Shown here: positions 19,414-27,951 of the stretch, piece after piece
Numbering within the stretch: the first letter of the stretch is position 1
Layout of the letters: each line of letters starts with the position of its first letter
Origin: an uncultured Ignavibacteria bacterium
Lineage (GTDB): Bacteria > Bacteroidota > Ignavibacteria > SZUA-365
NCBI GenBank assembly: GCA_913061095.1
Contig: CAJXVM010000001.1
Coordinates: forward strand, 304,694 to 368,693
DNA: 64,000 nucleotides
Direction: 5' to 3'
The notes under the pieces: model-generated
What the model was told of the DNA's origin: nothing
Seen by the model: the letters and a program-made list of their open reading frames with translations, nothing else
Databases searched by the model: none
Position numbers and translations under genes: made by a program

Positions 19414-19627
19414 TGTCAGACCTCCTTTCCCAGCACAACGCGCAGCCGGGATTCAGAATTCCACGGGAAGCGGGGAAAAGAATTTCCCCACCAATAATGG
19501 CTGCGCAGCAAAAGCAGCGCTCCCCGTTCCGACCGCTGCCACGACGCTTCCGGCCCGCCGCTTCCGCCGCGCGGATAATACCAGTATATTCACGTTTCCA
19601 TGCCGTATCACCATTGATATCCCGTTC

Positions 19628-20419
19628 ATGCATACCCGTCTTACGCGGAACCTCCTGATAGCAATGTTCATGACCGTCACCGTCATGCATGCCGCCCTTG
19701 CCCAGGTCAATACCGAGAAACTCCGGCGTGCCGACAGCACGACCGGCGTCTTATTCAACACGTCACTGAGTTTCGGCATCGTGCGCGGCAACTCGGAATA
19801 CGTCAGCGCGCGCGGCGCAGCCCGGCTCGACTACGCCCGCGGCGGCAACGACAACTTTGCGGTCGTCGATTATGAGTTCAAGGAATCGCAGAGGGGAAAA
19901 ATCGCCAACAGGGGATTCCTGCATCTGCGCAGCATCTGGCAGCTGTCATCGTCGCTGTTCGTGGAAGGATTCACGCAGGCGGAATTCAATGAATTCATTT
20001 CACTGAAAAACCGCGACCTGCTCGGCGGAGGGATGCGTCTGCACCTCTTCGACACCGAGGATGACAGGGGACGCGGTATCCTCGATCTCTTCCTGGGTGT
20101 CGGAGTGATGTTCGAACATGAGCTCTACGCCACTTCTCCCTCGGAAACGCAGTTCAACCGCATTCGTTCGACGAATTACCTCACGATGAACTGGATGCCG
20201 GATGATGACGTGACGTTCTCCCTCGTCGGATATGTTCAGCCCCTGATCGACAATCCGGAAGATGTACGCCTGACCAGTGAATCATCCCTGGAATTCGCTC
20301 TCTCGGAGGCATTTCATTTTCACGTCAGCGCATCACTGCGCTATCACAGCCGTCCCGTTCTGAGCGTCAAACGCTACGACTTCGAGCTGCGCAACGGCAT
20401 CCGGCTCGCCCTGCCCTGA
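19628..20419 (+). CDS. DUF481-like outer-membrane beta-barrel protein
   Basis: Signal peptide, QVNTEKLR start, RGNSE, amphipathic strands. Confidence 0.7.
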   Translation: MHTRLTRNLLIAMFMTVTVMHAALAQVNTEKLRRADSTTGVLFNTSLSFGIVRGNSEYVSARGAARLDYARGGNDNFAVVDYEFKESQRGKIANRGFLHLRSIWQLSSSLFVEGFTQAEFNEFISLKNRDLLGGGMRLHLFDTEDDRGRGILDLFLGVGVMFEHELYATSPSETQFNRIRSTNYLTMNWMPDDDVTFSLVGYVQPLIDNPEDVRLTSESSLEFALSEAFHFHVSASLRYHSRPVLSVKRYDFELRNGIRLALP

Positions 20420-20495
20420 TTTCCCGACGAACGATCACGCGCGGCGGCGTATCCGTGGTTCTCCGCGTGCGGTACCTGACAGAAACGCGCCGGCG

Positions 20496-21677
20496 TCAGA
20501 TTTCCACCCACGGAATCCTGCGCACGGCACCCTCCGCCGGAATGCGCATGTCATGTGCACGCTGCTCCTCCCCGGTGACCTCCACAATGTCGTAGCGCTC
20601 GATGCGGTCGAATGCCGCATTACCCTCCCGGCGGTCACGGCGGTTCCGCATCACCATCCGTCGTCCCTCCGTTCCGCAGACGAAGCAGCGCGCCCTCCCC
20701 TTCTCGACCAGCAGTTCGCTCACCACGCGCTGCGGATTCCGCAGGGCGATATGATCCCTGAGCGTGCGGCCGTCACGGTTCAGCAGAAGAAAACTGAACT
20801 TGAGCGATTTCTTGATGTTGCCGACCTCCTCATCGAGTGCCGCCATGAATGCCGGGCGTTCCCAGGCGACATCGTGATGACACCAGTCACCCGCATCCCG
20901 CAGAGCGGGACATCCCCCCTGCCTGAAGCACGGCGCGAATACCGTCCAGTCTTCCTTCACCGCCGCGTCGCGGTATTCCAGCAGCATGCGCGAGGTCTCG
21001 CGGAGGGCCGGCTCGATCAGCAGCAGATCACCCTGCGGGGCCAGATGCCGCGTGAGCCACGCGCGCAGGCGCGACGCGGGACCCGTGGCCAGCTCGTTGA
21101 GCACGTTCATGCCGAGGATGAGATCAAACTGCGCGTCAAGCTCCGGGGGATGCGCGAGATCCGCCGTCTCTGTGCGCAGCGTGACCTTCCGTCCGGTCAC
21201 ATCACGCAGATGCGCGGCGAGCGCGGTGGCGGTATCGGTGTTCGCGGCCACGGCGTCGAGTGCGAGCATTTCCACCGCGGGCGCTTCGGGCAAGGTTTCG
21301 AGAAAGGCATGGAGTGCCGCGACGCCCGTGCCCGGACCGCAGCCCAGGTCGAGCACGCGCAGCGGAGCGCCGTCGGAACTGCCGTCGCCCGTGTCCATAG
21401 CACCCGGTCCTCCCCCGCGCCGCAGTTCCAGGAGCGGCGGAAGTACCTTGAGCATGTTGGCTGTCGCGTAGTACAGCAGGTATGTCTCACGCAGCACGCG
21501 GTCACGCAGGTAGGGACGCGTCGCATGCCTGCGCGAGGGAGTGTCGTTCAGGTATTCCGAGAGCCGTCGCAGCGCGGCGGCATATCGCGGCGTCACCGCC
21601 GCATCATCGGGATGCACACCGAGCATGCGCTCGAGTACGACAGGCCACCAGTTCGGCAGAAGCAGGGCAGAGGTCAT
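20496..21677 (-). CDS. Rsm22/METTL17-family SAM-dependent methyltransferase-like protein
   Basis: YLLYY, VLDLGCGPGTG, IEPA, APCFRQGGCP..DWCHH, LKFSFL, EKGR..CGTEG; GAGGA SD 7 nt before ATG 21677. Confidence 0.8.
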   Translation of the reverse strand: MTSALLLPNWWPVVLERMLGVHPDDAAVTPRYAAALRRLSEYLNDTPSRRHATRPYLRDRVLRETYLLYYATANMLKVLPPLLELRRGGGPGAMDTGDGSSDGAPLRVLDLGCGPGTGVAALHAFLETLPEAPAVEMLALDAVAANTDTATALAAHLRDVTGRKVTLRTETADLAHPPELDAQFDLILGMNVLNELATGPASRLRAWLTRHLAPQGDLLLIEPALRETSRMLLEYRDAAVKEDWTVFAPCFRQGGCPALRDAGDWCHHDVAWERPAFMAALDEEVGNIKKSLKFSFLLLNRDGRTLRDHIALRNPQRVVSELLVEKGRARCFVCGTEGRRMVMRNRRDRREGNAAFDRIERYDIVEVTGEEQRAHDMRIPAEGAVRRIPWVEI

Positions 21678-21850
21678 CGCATTTCCTCGACGGTCGCAAT
21701 CGCGTTCATGAATACGGCAGATACCGGTGAAATGCAACTTCGCATGGCCGAACCGCCGCGAGTGGACGCAGCATCATGCCGTGCGCGGAGAATCTTTCTC
21801 TCGCCGCCGGTGTTGGGATGGCAGACCGTATCGACGCAAACCGGCACGAC

Positions 21851-23068
21851 ATGGATTTCACATCACTGCTGCGCATATACGCATTTCTGCTTCTCGCCGG
21901 ATGGCTCGCGACCATTGTCCGCGCCTTACGCGCTCTGCGCAGCATCCATCGGTTTCCGCGTGACACGGATGCAGTCGACGACGGTGGCGGCACCGACATC
22001 GGCAGCGCACCCCTGCTCTCTGTCATCATTCCCTTCCGCAACGAGGCGGCATCCCTCGCCGCCACGGCGGAGCCTTTTCTTGATGCGTCCCTTCCGATCG
22101 AGCTCATCCTCATTGACGACAACTCCGATGATGGCAGCGGATCAATCGCCGACCGGCTCGCGGAACACCCGCAGGTGATCGTCCTGCGTCCGGGTGAACC
22201 ACCGCCGGACTGGCTGGGCAAGCCCTGGGCCTGCCACCATGGCGCCGCTGCCGCACGCGGGCGCTTCCTGCTGTTCATGGATGCGGACGTGGAGGTCTCG
22301 CGCAACATCCTGCCGCGACTGCTGACATACCTCAGCCGACAGAGTCCCCCGCATCTGGTGCTCTTCCCGTATGTCCGCACCCGAGGCATCCTGGAATCCA
22401 GCTACATGACACTGTTCGTTTTTCTTTTCCTGTTCCGCTTCGATCCGCATGCGGCGGCACGGAGGGGGAGGCGGGGACACGTCGGTGTCGGTGCGTTCAA
22501 TCTTGTCAGGGGGGATGTCTACGCGCGCTTCGGCGGATATGCATCGCTGCGCCTCGCGGTTGCCGACGACGTCATGCTCGGACAGCGTGTCAAAGAGATC
22601 GGCGAACACACGGTCACGTTCCGCGCACCGGATGCAGTGCGTGTGCGCTGGCGGGAAGGATTCCGTGACACGCTGCGCGGCACGCGCCGCAGTCTCTTCG
22701 CGGGCACCGGCTTCTCGCGTTTCTGGCTGCTGATCGCCTTCGGCGGCACGTTCGGAGGTATCATTGCTCCCTTTCTCCTGCTCACGATGGATGACCCGTT
22801 TGTCAGACTTCCCGCCGCGGTCTCGGCTCTCCTCTGTGTGACAATCCCGGCTCTGCTCCGCGGCAGAAGCCGTCATCGCATGATGGGCGGCCTGCTGTTT
22901 CCCCTGCAGGCGATTGTGTTCCTCGGCGTGTACATCGCCTCCGCGGCGGATACCCTCCTCGGAAAGACGCTGCGCTGGCGTGGCCGATCCTATGACCTGC
23001 GCATGCTCAGGAAATGGCACGCGGCACGTTCCCCCGCCGGTCCCTCCGGCGGGACTCCTGCCGACTGA
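21851..23068 (+). CDS. Family 2 glycosyltransferase (HpnB/CrtQ/CruC-like, membrane-bound)
   Basis: SVIIPFRNE, DDNSDD, PPDWLGKPWAC, FMDADV, ADDVMLG, C-terminal WRGR; N- and C-terminal TMs. Confidence 0.85.
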   Translation: MDFTSLLRIYAFLLLAGWLATIVRALRALRSIHRFPRDTDAVDDGGGTDIGSAPLLSVIIPFRNEAASLAATAEPFLDASLPIELILIDDNSDDGSGSIADRLAEHPQVIVLRPGEPPPDWLGKPWACHHGAAAARGRFLLFMDADVEVSRNILPRLLTYLSRQSPPHLVLFPYVRTRGILESSYMTLFVFLFLFRFDPHAAARRGRRGHVGVGAFNLVRGDVYARFGGYASLRLAVADDVMLGQRVKEIGEHTVTFRAPDAVRVRWREGFRDTLRGTRRSLFAGTGFSRFWLLIAFGGTFGGIIAPFLLLTMDDPFVRLPAAVSALLCVTIPALLRGRSRHRMMGGLLFPLQAIVFLGVYIASAADTLLGKTLRWRGRSYDLRMLRKWHAARSPAGPSGGTPAD

Positions 23069-23099
23069 AATCCCGTCCTCCGAATGTTCATCCCCGGTC

Positions 23100-23351
23100 T
23101 CACTCCTCCTCGGCATCCTCCCCGTCGTCGCTGCCGTAGAGTTCGAGTTCCTCATGCGCATCCAGGATCACGGCGGCGAGATCGAGCACCTGCACCGCTT
23201 TCTCCTGCGGAACGAAGGTTCCGAGCAGGGCGAGTCCGGCATCCATGCGTGCGCCGGCGTCATCGTTGTCGAACAGTTCACCAAGCAGCGCTTCCGCCTC
23301 GGTTTCTCCGAGATTCAGATAGCCCTTCTCCATCGCTTCTTCGAAAGTCAT
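23100..23351 (-). CDS. Small acidic hypothetical protein (83 aa)
   Basis: GGAGG SD, upstream CGTATATT -10 candidate, coding-like composition (MTFEEAMEKGYLNLG...). Confidence 0.6.
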   Translation of the reverse strand: MTFEEAMEKGYLNLGETEAEALLGELFDNDDAGARMDAGLALLGTFVPQEKAVQVLDLAAVILDAHEELELYGSDDGEDAEEE

Positions 23352-23554
23352 GCATCCTCCGTATTGAAGTTCACGGACAATATACGGAATCACGCTGCGC
23401 CGCGCTCCCGCCAGGCATTGCTCCCCCCCCGGACGGACAATCCCCGGCACGTATTCCTTTGAAGGCCGCTTTTCCCTATTTTCTGCTTTGGGACGGCACA
23501 CTGCTTCGCAGGCCGATCCACACATTCCTCGAGCGCTCACCAGGCAGGAGAAGT

Positions 23555-24073
23555 ATGCAGCAATCTTCCCCCGACTGTTCACACATCACCATCCGGCGTG
23601 TCCGCCGCGAAGACGCCGGGGCCTTTCTCACGCTTATCGACGCCCTGGCGGATTACGAACATCTCGATCGTCCCGATGCAGCAGCGCGCGAGCGGCTGAT
23701 CCGTGACGGCACCGGTGAACAGCCGCGCTACGAGGCCTTTCTCGCTGCAATCGACGGGAAGGACGTCGGTTACGCCATCATCTATGAAACCTATTCCAGC
23801 TTTCTCGCACGTCCCACACTGTATCTCGAGGATATTTTCGTTCTCCCCGAGGACCGCGGACGCCGGGCCGGCGCGGCGCTGTTTCTGCACGTCGCGGCGC
23901 TCGCGCGAGAACGCGACTGCGGTCGCATGGACTGGACGGTGCTCGACTGGAATGCGCTCGCACAGGATTTCTATGACCGTCTCGGTGCTTCCTGGCTGAA
24001 GGAATGGCAGCTGTACCGTCTCACACAGAACGAACTCGCCGATCTCCCGGCACCGAACGTGCATCACGCATAG
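23555..24073 (+). CDS. GNAT N-acetyltransferase (diamine/spermidine acetyltransferase-like)
   Basis: LADYE, YSSF..LYLEDIFV..RG, WTVLDWN..FY..LGA. Confidence 0.88.
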   Translation: MQQSSPDCSHITIRRVRREDAGAFLTLIDALADYEHLDRPDAAARERLIRDGTGEQPRYEAFLAAIDGKDVGYAIIYETYSSFLARPTLYLEDIFVLPEDRGRRAGAALFLHVAALARERDCGRMDWTVLDWNALAQDFYDRLGASWLKEWQLYRLTQNELADLPAPNVHHA

Positions 24074-24160
24074 GACGCGCGGGCGTTCCGGGTGACGCAT
24101 TGCTCCCGGAAGCGTGCTCCGCGCACAGGACAGTCATTTCTCCCTATTATACAGAGGTTC

Positions 24161-26383
24161 ATGCTGATGAAATTCAAAGGCACTCAGTTGATCTTCGCGG
24201 CCGCCGTCGCCGCGCTTCTCCTGACCGGATTCGGTGCCGTCCAGGCGCAGAAAAAACCCGTGACACTGCGGGACGTGTTCGGCAACCGCGATTTCTTCGC
24301 ACCCCGCATTTCAGGCTTTGCCTGGATGCCCGACGGTGAACATTACACCTACCTCAAGCGCGACGATGAATCGGGCGCGCGCAGCATCTGGAAAGTCGAC
24401 GCGGAAAGCGGGGATGAAGAACTCCTTGTCAATGCCGCGACACTTCAGCTTCCCGGCAGCGATGAGGCACTGGCATTTCAGGATTATACCTGGGAGGAAA
24501 ACGGGGACTTCATCCTGTTCACGCTCTCGGAGCGCCGCATCTGGCGCCGTTCGCGCATCGGCACCTACGCGGTATATGACATGAACGCACAGAAAATCAT
24601 CCCCCTCCCGGAACACGAGGGCGGAGTGATGAACGTGAAGGTATCGCCAGACGGCGCATGGGTCGGGTACGTCTTCAACGACAACATCTACATCATGAAT
24701 TTGGAAAGCCGTGAGGAAATCCAGCTGACCGACGACGCGCAGGAGCATGTGTACAACGGACGCTTCGGCTGGGTATACGAAGAGGAATTCAGCATCGTGG
24801 ACGGATGGCGCTGGTCGCCCGACAGCAGACGGATCGCCTTCTGGCAGGAAGACGAACGAAAGGTTCCCGAGTTCGTTCTCACGAACTGGATGCCGCTGTA
24901 TCAGGAGCTGGTCCATATTCGCTATCCTAAACCCGGAGAGAAAAATCCGATCGAGAAAATCGCCGTCATCGATATTGACACGAAAGAACGCGTCTGGATG
25001 GATCTCGGCGACGAGACGGACATATACATCCCCCGTATCCGCTGGACGCGGGATCCGGAGCGACTCTGCATCTACCGCATGAACCGACTGCAGAATCAAC
25101 TCGAACTGCTGTTCGCGGATGTCAGCACCGGCGAAACACGGGTGGTGCTCAATGAGCAGTCCGCAACCGGCTGGATCAGCGTGGATGACCAGTCCTGGCT
25201 GCATTTTCTCGAAGACAGCGACCGCTTCATCTGGCTGTCGGAACGCGACGGCTGGAATCACGCCTACCTGTTTGACTACGACGGCACGCAGATCCGCCAG
25301 ATCACTTCGGGAGAGTGGGAAGTGCTCGAAGTCAAAGGCATAACGCCGGACGGTGAAACACTTTATTACACTTCGACAGAAGTCGCTCCGACACAGGAGC
25401 ATCTTTATCGCGTTGATGTCGAAAGCGGCGACCGTGAACGCCTGACGGAGGAAGACGGATGGCACAGCGTTGATGTCTCCCCCACCTGCGCGTTTTACCT
25501 CGACAGCTGGTCCAGTCTCAGCCGTCCCGCCCAGCGTCGGTTCTGTGATGCTGACGGCGATGAGCTGCGCGTCGTCGGCGAGGTGGACATGAGCGCGTTC
25601 GATGACTACTACTGGAGCGAGAAGGAACTGTTCACCGTGACTACCGAGGACGGCTGGGAACTCGACTGCAGCATGATGAAGCCGGCCAACTTTGATCCCT
25701 CGAAGAAATATCCGGTGTTTTTCAGTGTGTATGGCGGGCCGGGCACCTCGGCGGTTACCAGCAGCTGGCCTTCCACGATGAATCAGTGGTACGCGAGTGA
25801 AGGCTTCGTGGTCATCCAGGTCGACAACCGCGGCAGCAGCCGGCGGGGCACCGCCTTTAAGCACGCTGTCTACAAACAGCTCGGCAAGTGGGAAGTGCAT
25901 GACTACGTGCAGGTCGCGAAGTATCTCTCAACCCTGCCCTGGGTGGATGCCGATCGCATCGGCATCTGGGGATGGAGTTACGGCGGGTATATGGCCGCCC
26001 TTTCCCTGCTGCTCGGTGACGGCACATTCAACACAGGGGTCGCCATCGCGCCGCTGCTCGACTGGCGCCTCTACGACACGATTTACGCCGAACGCTACAT
26101 GCAGCGGCCCGAAGACAACCCCGACGGCTACGATGTCGGATCCTGCATCGTGCATGCAGACAAACTGCAGGGCAATCTGCTCCTTATTCACGGCGGCATG
26201 GACGACAACGTCCATGTACAGAACACCATGCAGTTCATCCATCAGCTCGAAGAGGCAGGAAAGCAGTTCGACATGCGCATTTACCCGAACGGTGACCACG
26301 GTGTCGCCGGCGGCATGCGTTCACGTCTCGGCCTCTTCGAATACTACATGTCATACATGAAGGAGCACCTTCAGGACAGCTGA
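24161..26383 (+). CDS. Dipeptidyl peptidase IV (S9B)
   Basis: WVYEEE, YPKPG, VYGGP, GWSYGG catalytic Ser, DDNV Asp, DHG His; signal peptide. Confidence 0.93.
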   Translation: MLMKFKGTQLIFAAAVAALLLTGFGAVQAQKKPVTLRDVFGNRDFFAPRISGFAWMPDGEHYTYLKRDDESGARSIWKVDAESGDEELLVNAATLQLPGSDEALAFQDYTWEENGDFILFTLSERRIWRRSRIGTYAVYDMNAQKIIPLPEHEGGVMNVKVSPDGAWVGYVFNDNIYIMNLESREEIQLTDDAQEHVYNGRFGWVYEEEFSIVDGWRWSPDSRRIAFWQEDERKVPEFVLTNWMPLYQELVHIRYPKPGEKNPIEKIAVIDIDTKERVWMDLGDETDIYIPRIRWTRDPERLCIYRMNRLQNQLELLFADVSTGETRVVLNEQSATGWISVDDQSWLHFLEDSDRFIWLSERDGWNHAYLFDYDGTQIRQITSGEWEVLEVKGITPDGETLYYTSTEVAPTQEHLYRVDVESGDRERLTEEDGWHSVDVSPTCAFYLDSWSSLSRPAQRRFCDADGDELRVVGEVDMSAFDDYYWSEKELFTVTTEDGWELDCSMMKPANFDPSKKYPVFFSVYGGPGTSAVTSSWPSTMNQWYASEGFVVIQVDNRGSSRRGTAFKHAVYKQLGKWEVHDYVQVAKYLSTLPWVDADRIGIWGWSYGGYMAALSLLLGDGTFNTGVAIAPLLDWRLYDTIYAERYMQRPEDNPDGYDVGSCIVHADKLQGNLLLIHGGMDDNVHVQNTMQFIHQLEEAGKQFDMRIYPNGDHGVAGGMRSRLGLFEYYMSYMKEHLQDS

Positions 26384-26384
26384 G

Positions 26385-27239
26385 TTGCAGTACGGAAAAT
26401 CCCGCCCAGCCGCGTTCGCCCTCCTGCTCCTGCTGCTGCAGGAGTCCGCGGTTCTGTGCGCTCCCGTTGCGGATCCGCCGGAGCCCGCAGCGGAAGTCCG
26501 TACCTTCCCCATCTTTGGTCCCGAATATGAACGCGTGGAAATACGGGACCGCCGTCTCCGCGGGGCGGTGTACTACATCGTCGCCGGACACGGCGGTCCC
26601 GACAGCGGTGCGCGCGGCAAGCGTGAGGGACACACGCTCTGTGAGGATGAATACGCCTATGACGTCGCCCTGCGCCTCGCACGCAACCTCCTCAGCCACG
26701 ACGCGAAAGTATATCTGATCACCCGTGACAGCAACGACGGCATCCGCGACGGCAAATACCTGTCCTGCGACCGTGACGAGCACGTCTGGGGCGGTGCGGC
26801 CATGCCGCGCGACCAGCTCGCGCGTCTCAGGCAGCGGGCGGACATCGTCAACCGGCTCGCACACAGAAACCGCTTTGCAAAGTACCAGCGACTGATCGTT
26901 CTGCATGTGGACAGTCGGCAGCGCGGGAACCGCGTCGATATCTTCTTCTATCACCACTCCGCAAGTGCCGCCGGACGCCGAACGGCCTCCATTCTGCAGC
27001 GGACCATTGAGCAAAACTACCGGATTCATCAGCCGTGGCGGGGATATCACGGCACAGTCGAACCGCGCGACCGCCTGTACATGCTGCGCAGGACAACCCC
27101 CGGCACGGTCTATATTGAACTGGGCAACATCCGCAATCCGCTCGATCAGCGGAGATTCATCTCCGCCGACAACCGCCAGGCGCTCGGCAACTGGCTCGGT
27201 GAGGGACTGCTCGAGGACTTTCAGCACTCACACCACTGA
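26385..27239 (+). CDS. N-acetylmuramoyl-L-alanine amidase (Amidase_3)
   Basis: AGHGGPDSGA, E(DEYAYD), LHVDS, YIELGN zinc/catalytic motifs; TTG start uncertain. Confidence 0.85.
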   Translation: MQYGKSRPAAFALLLLLLQESAVLCAPVADPPEPAAEVRTFPIFGPEYERVEIRDRRLRGAVYYIVAGHGGPDSGARGKREGHTLCEDEYAYDVALRLARNLLSHDAKVYLITRDSNDGIRDGKYLSCDRDEHVWGGAAMPRDQLARLRQRADIVNRLAHRNRFAKYQRLIVLHVDSRQRGNRVDIFFYHHSASAAGRRTASILQRTIEQNYRIHQPWRGYHGTVEPRDRLYMLRRTTPGTVYIELGNIRNPLDQRRFISADNRQALGNWLGEGLLEDFQHSHH

Positions 27240-27280
27240 CATTTCCCTTCTATTTTATGTATGTTTCGCGTACGCGTCCG

Positions 27281-27309
27281 TGAAACAAACACACGCCTGA
27301 TGTGTCTGT
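27281..27309 (+). promoter_or_regulatory. Candidate ECF-sigma autoregulatory promoter
   Basis: TGAAAC-N17-GTCTGT about 40 nt upstream of the ECF start. Confidence 0.4.
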
Positions 27310-27349
27310 ATCACTGTGCGGCATCATACGCACGGAGAACCGCACCAGA

Positions 27350-27940
27350 ATGCTCCTACGAAGCCAGCATACCGGCTCGGAGCGATTCGCCGACCGCAGC
27401 GACGTCGAATTGTTCCGTACGATCCGGGAATCTCCCGCACGGGCGGAAACCGCCTTCAGGGAGCTGTATTCCCGGCTCGCGGGCAATATCTATGCGTACT
27501 GCCGCTGTCTCGCCTGGCGCAGGGACGAAAGCGATGACCTGTTCCAGGAAACCTTCGCGCGGCTGTATGAAAGCGCGCTGCAGGGACGAGCGGTAACGAA
27601 TGTATCCGGTTATGCGATCAAGATCGCGCGCAATCTCTACTTGAACATGCAGCGCGACAAAAAACCGACGGTCATCATCGAAGACGATACTCTGTCCATG
27701 CAGGACGTGCCGCATGAGCGCACGGAAATGCTGGAACTGATTCACATGGCCATGGAACTGCTCTCCGACGACTACCGGGAGGCGTTTTTCCTCCGGGAAT
27801 TCGCGGATCTCCCGTACAACGAGATCGCGGAGATCATGAACCTCACCAATGTCAACGTGCGCATCCGCGTGACGCGGGCGCGAGAGAAGATTCGCGGCAT
27901 CCTTCAGCCCTATATCGCAGAATACGAACAGGAACAATAA
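27350..27940 (+). CDS. ECF RNA polymerase sigma-70 factor
   Basis: AFRELY, DDLFQETF, IARN (region 2); LSDDYREAFFLREF..YNEIAE..VRIRVTRAR (region 4). Confidence 0.93.
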   Translation: MLLRSQHTGSERFADRSDVELFRTIRESPARAETAFRELYSRLAGNIYAYCRCLAWRRDESDDLFQETFARLYESALQGRAVTNVSGYAIKIARNLYLNMQRDKKPTVIIEDDTLSMQDVPHERTEMLELIHMAMELLSDDYREAFFLREFADLPYNEIAEIMNLTNVNVRIRVTRAREKIRGILQPYIAEYEQEQ

Positions 27941-27951
27941 CGCATTTCGTC

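Noticed and set aside
21674-21745. 23-codon ORF (..MNAIATVEEMR) overlapping the Rsm22-like start
   Set aside because: Explained by the GAGGA SD of the downstream gene; no independent support.
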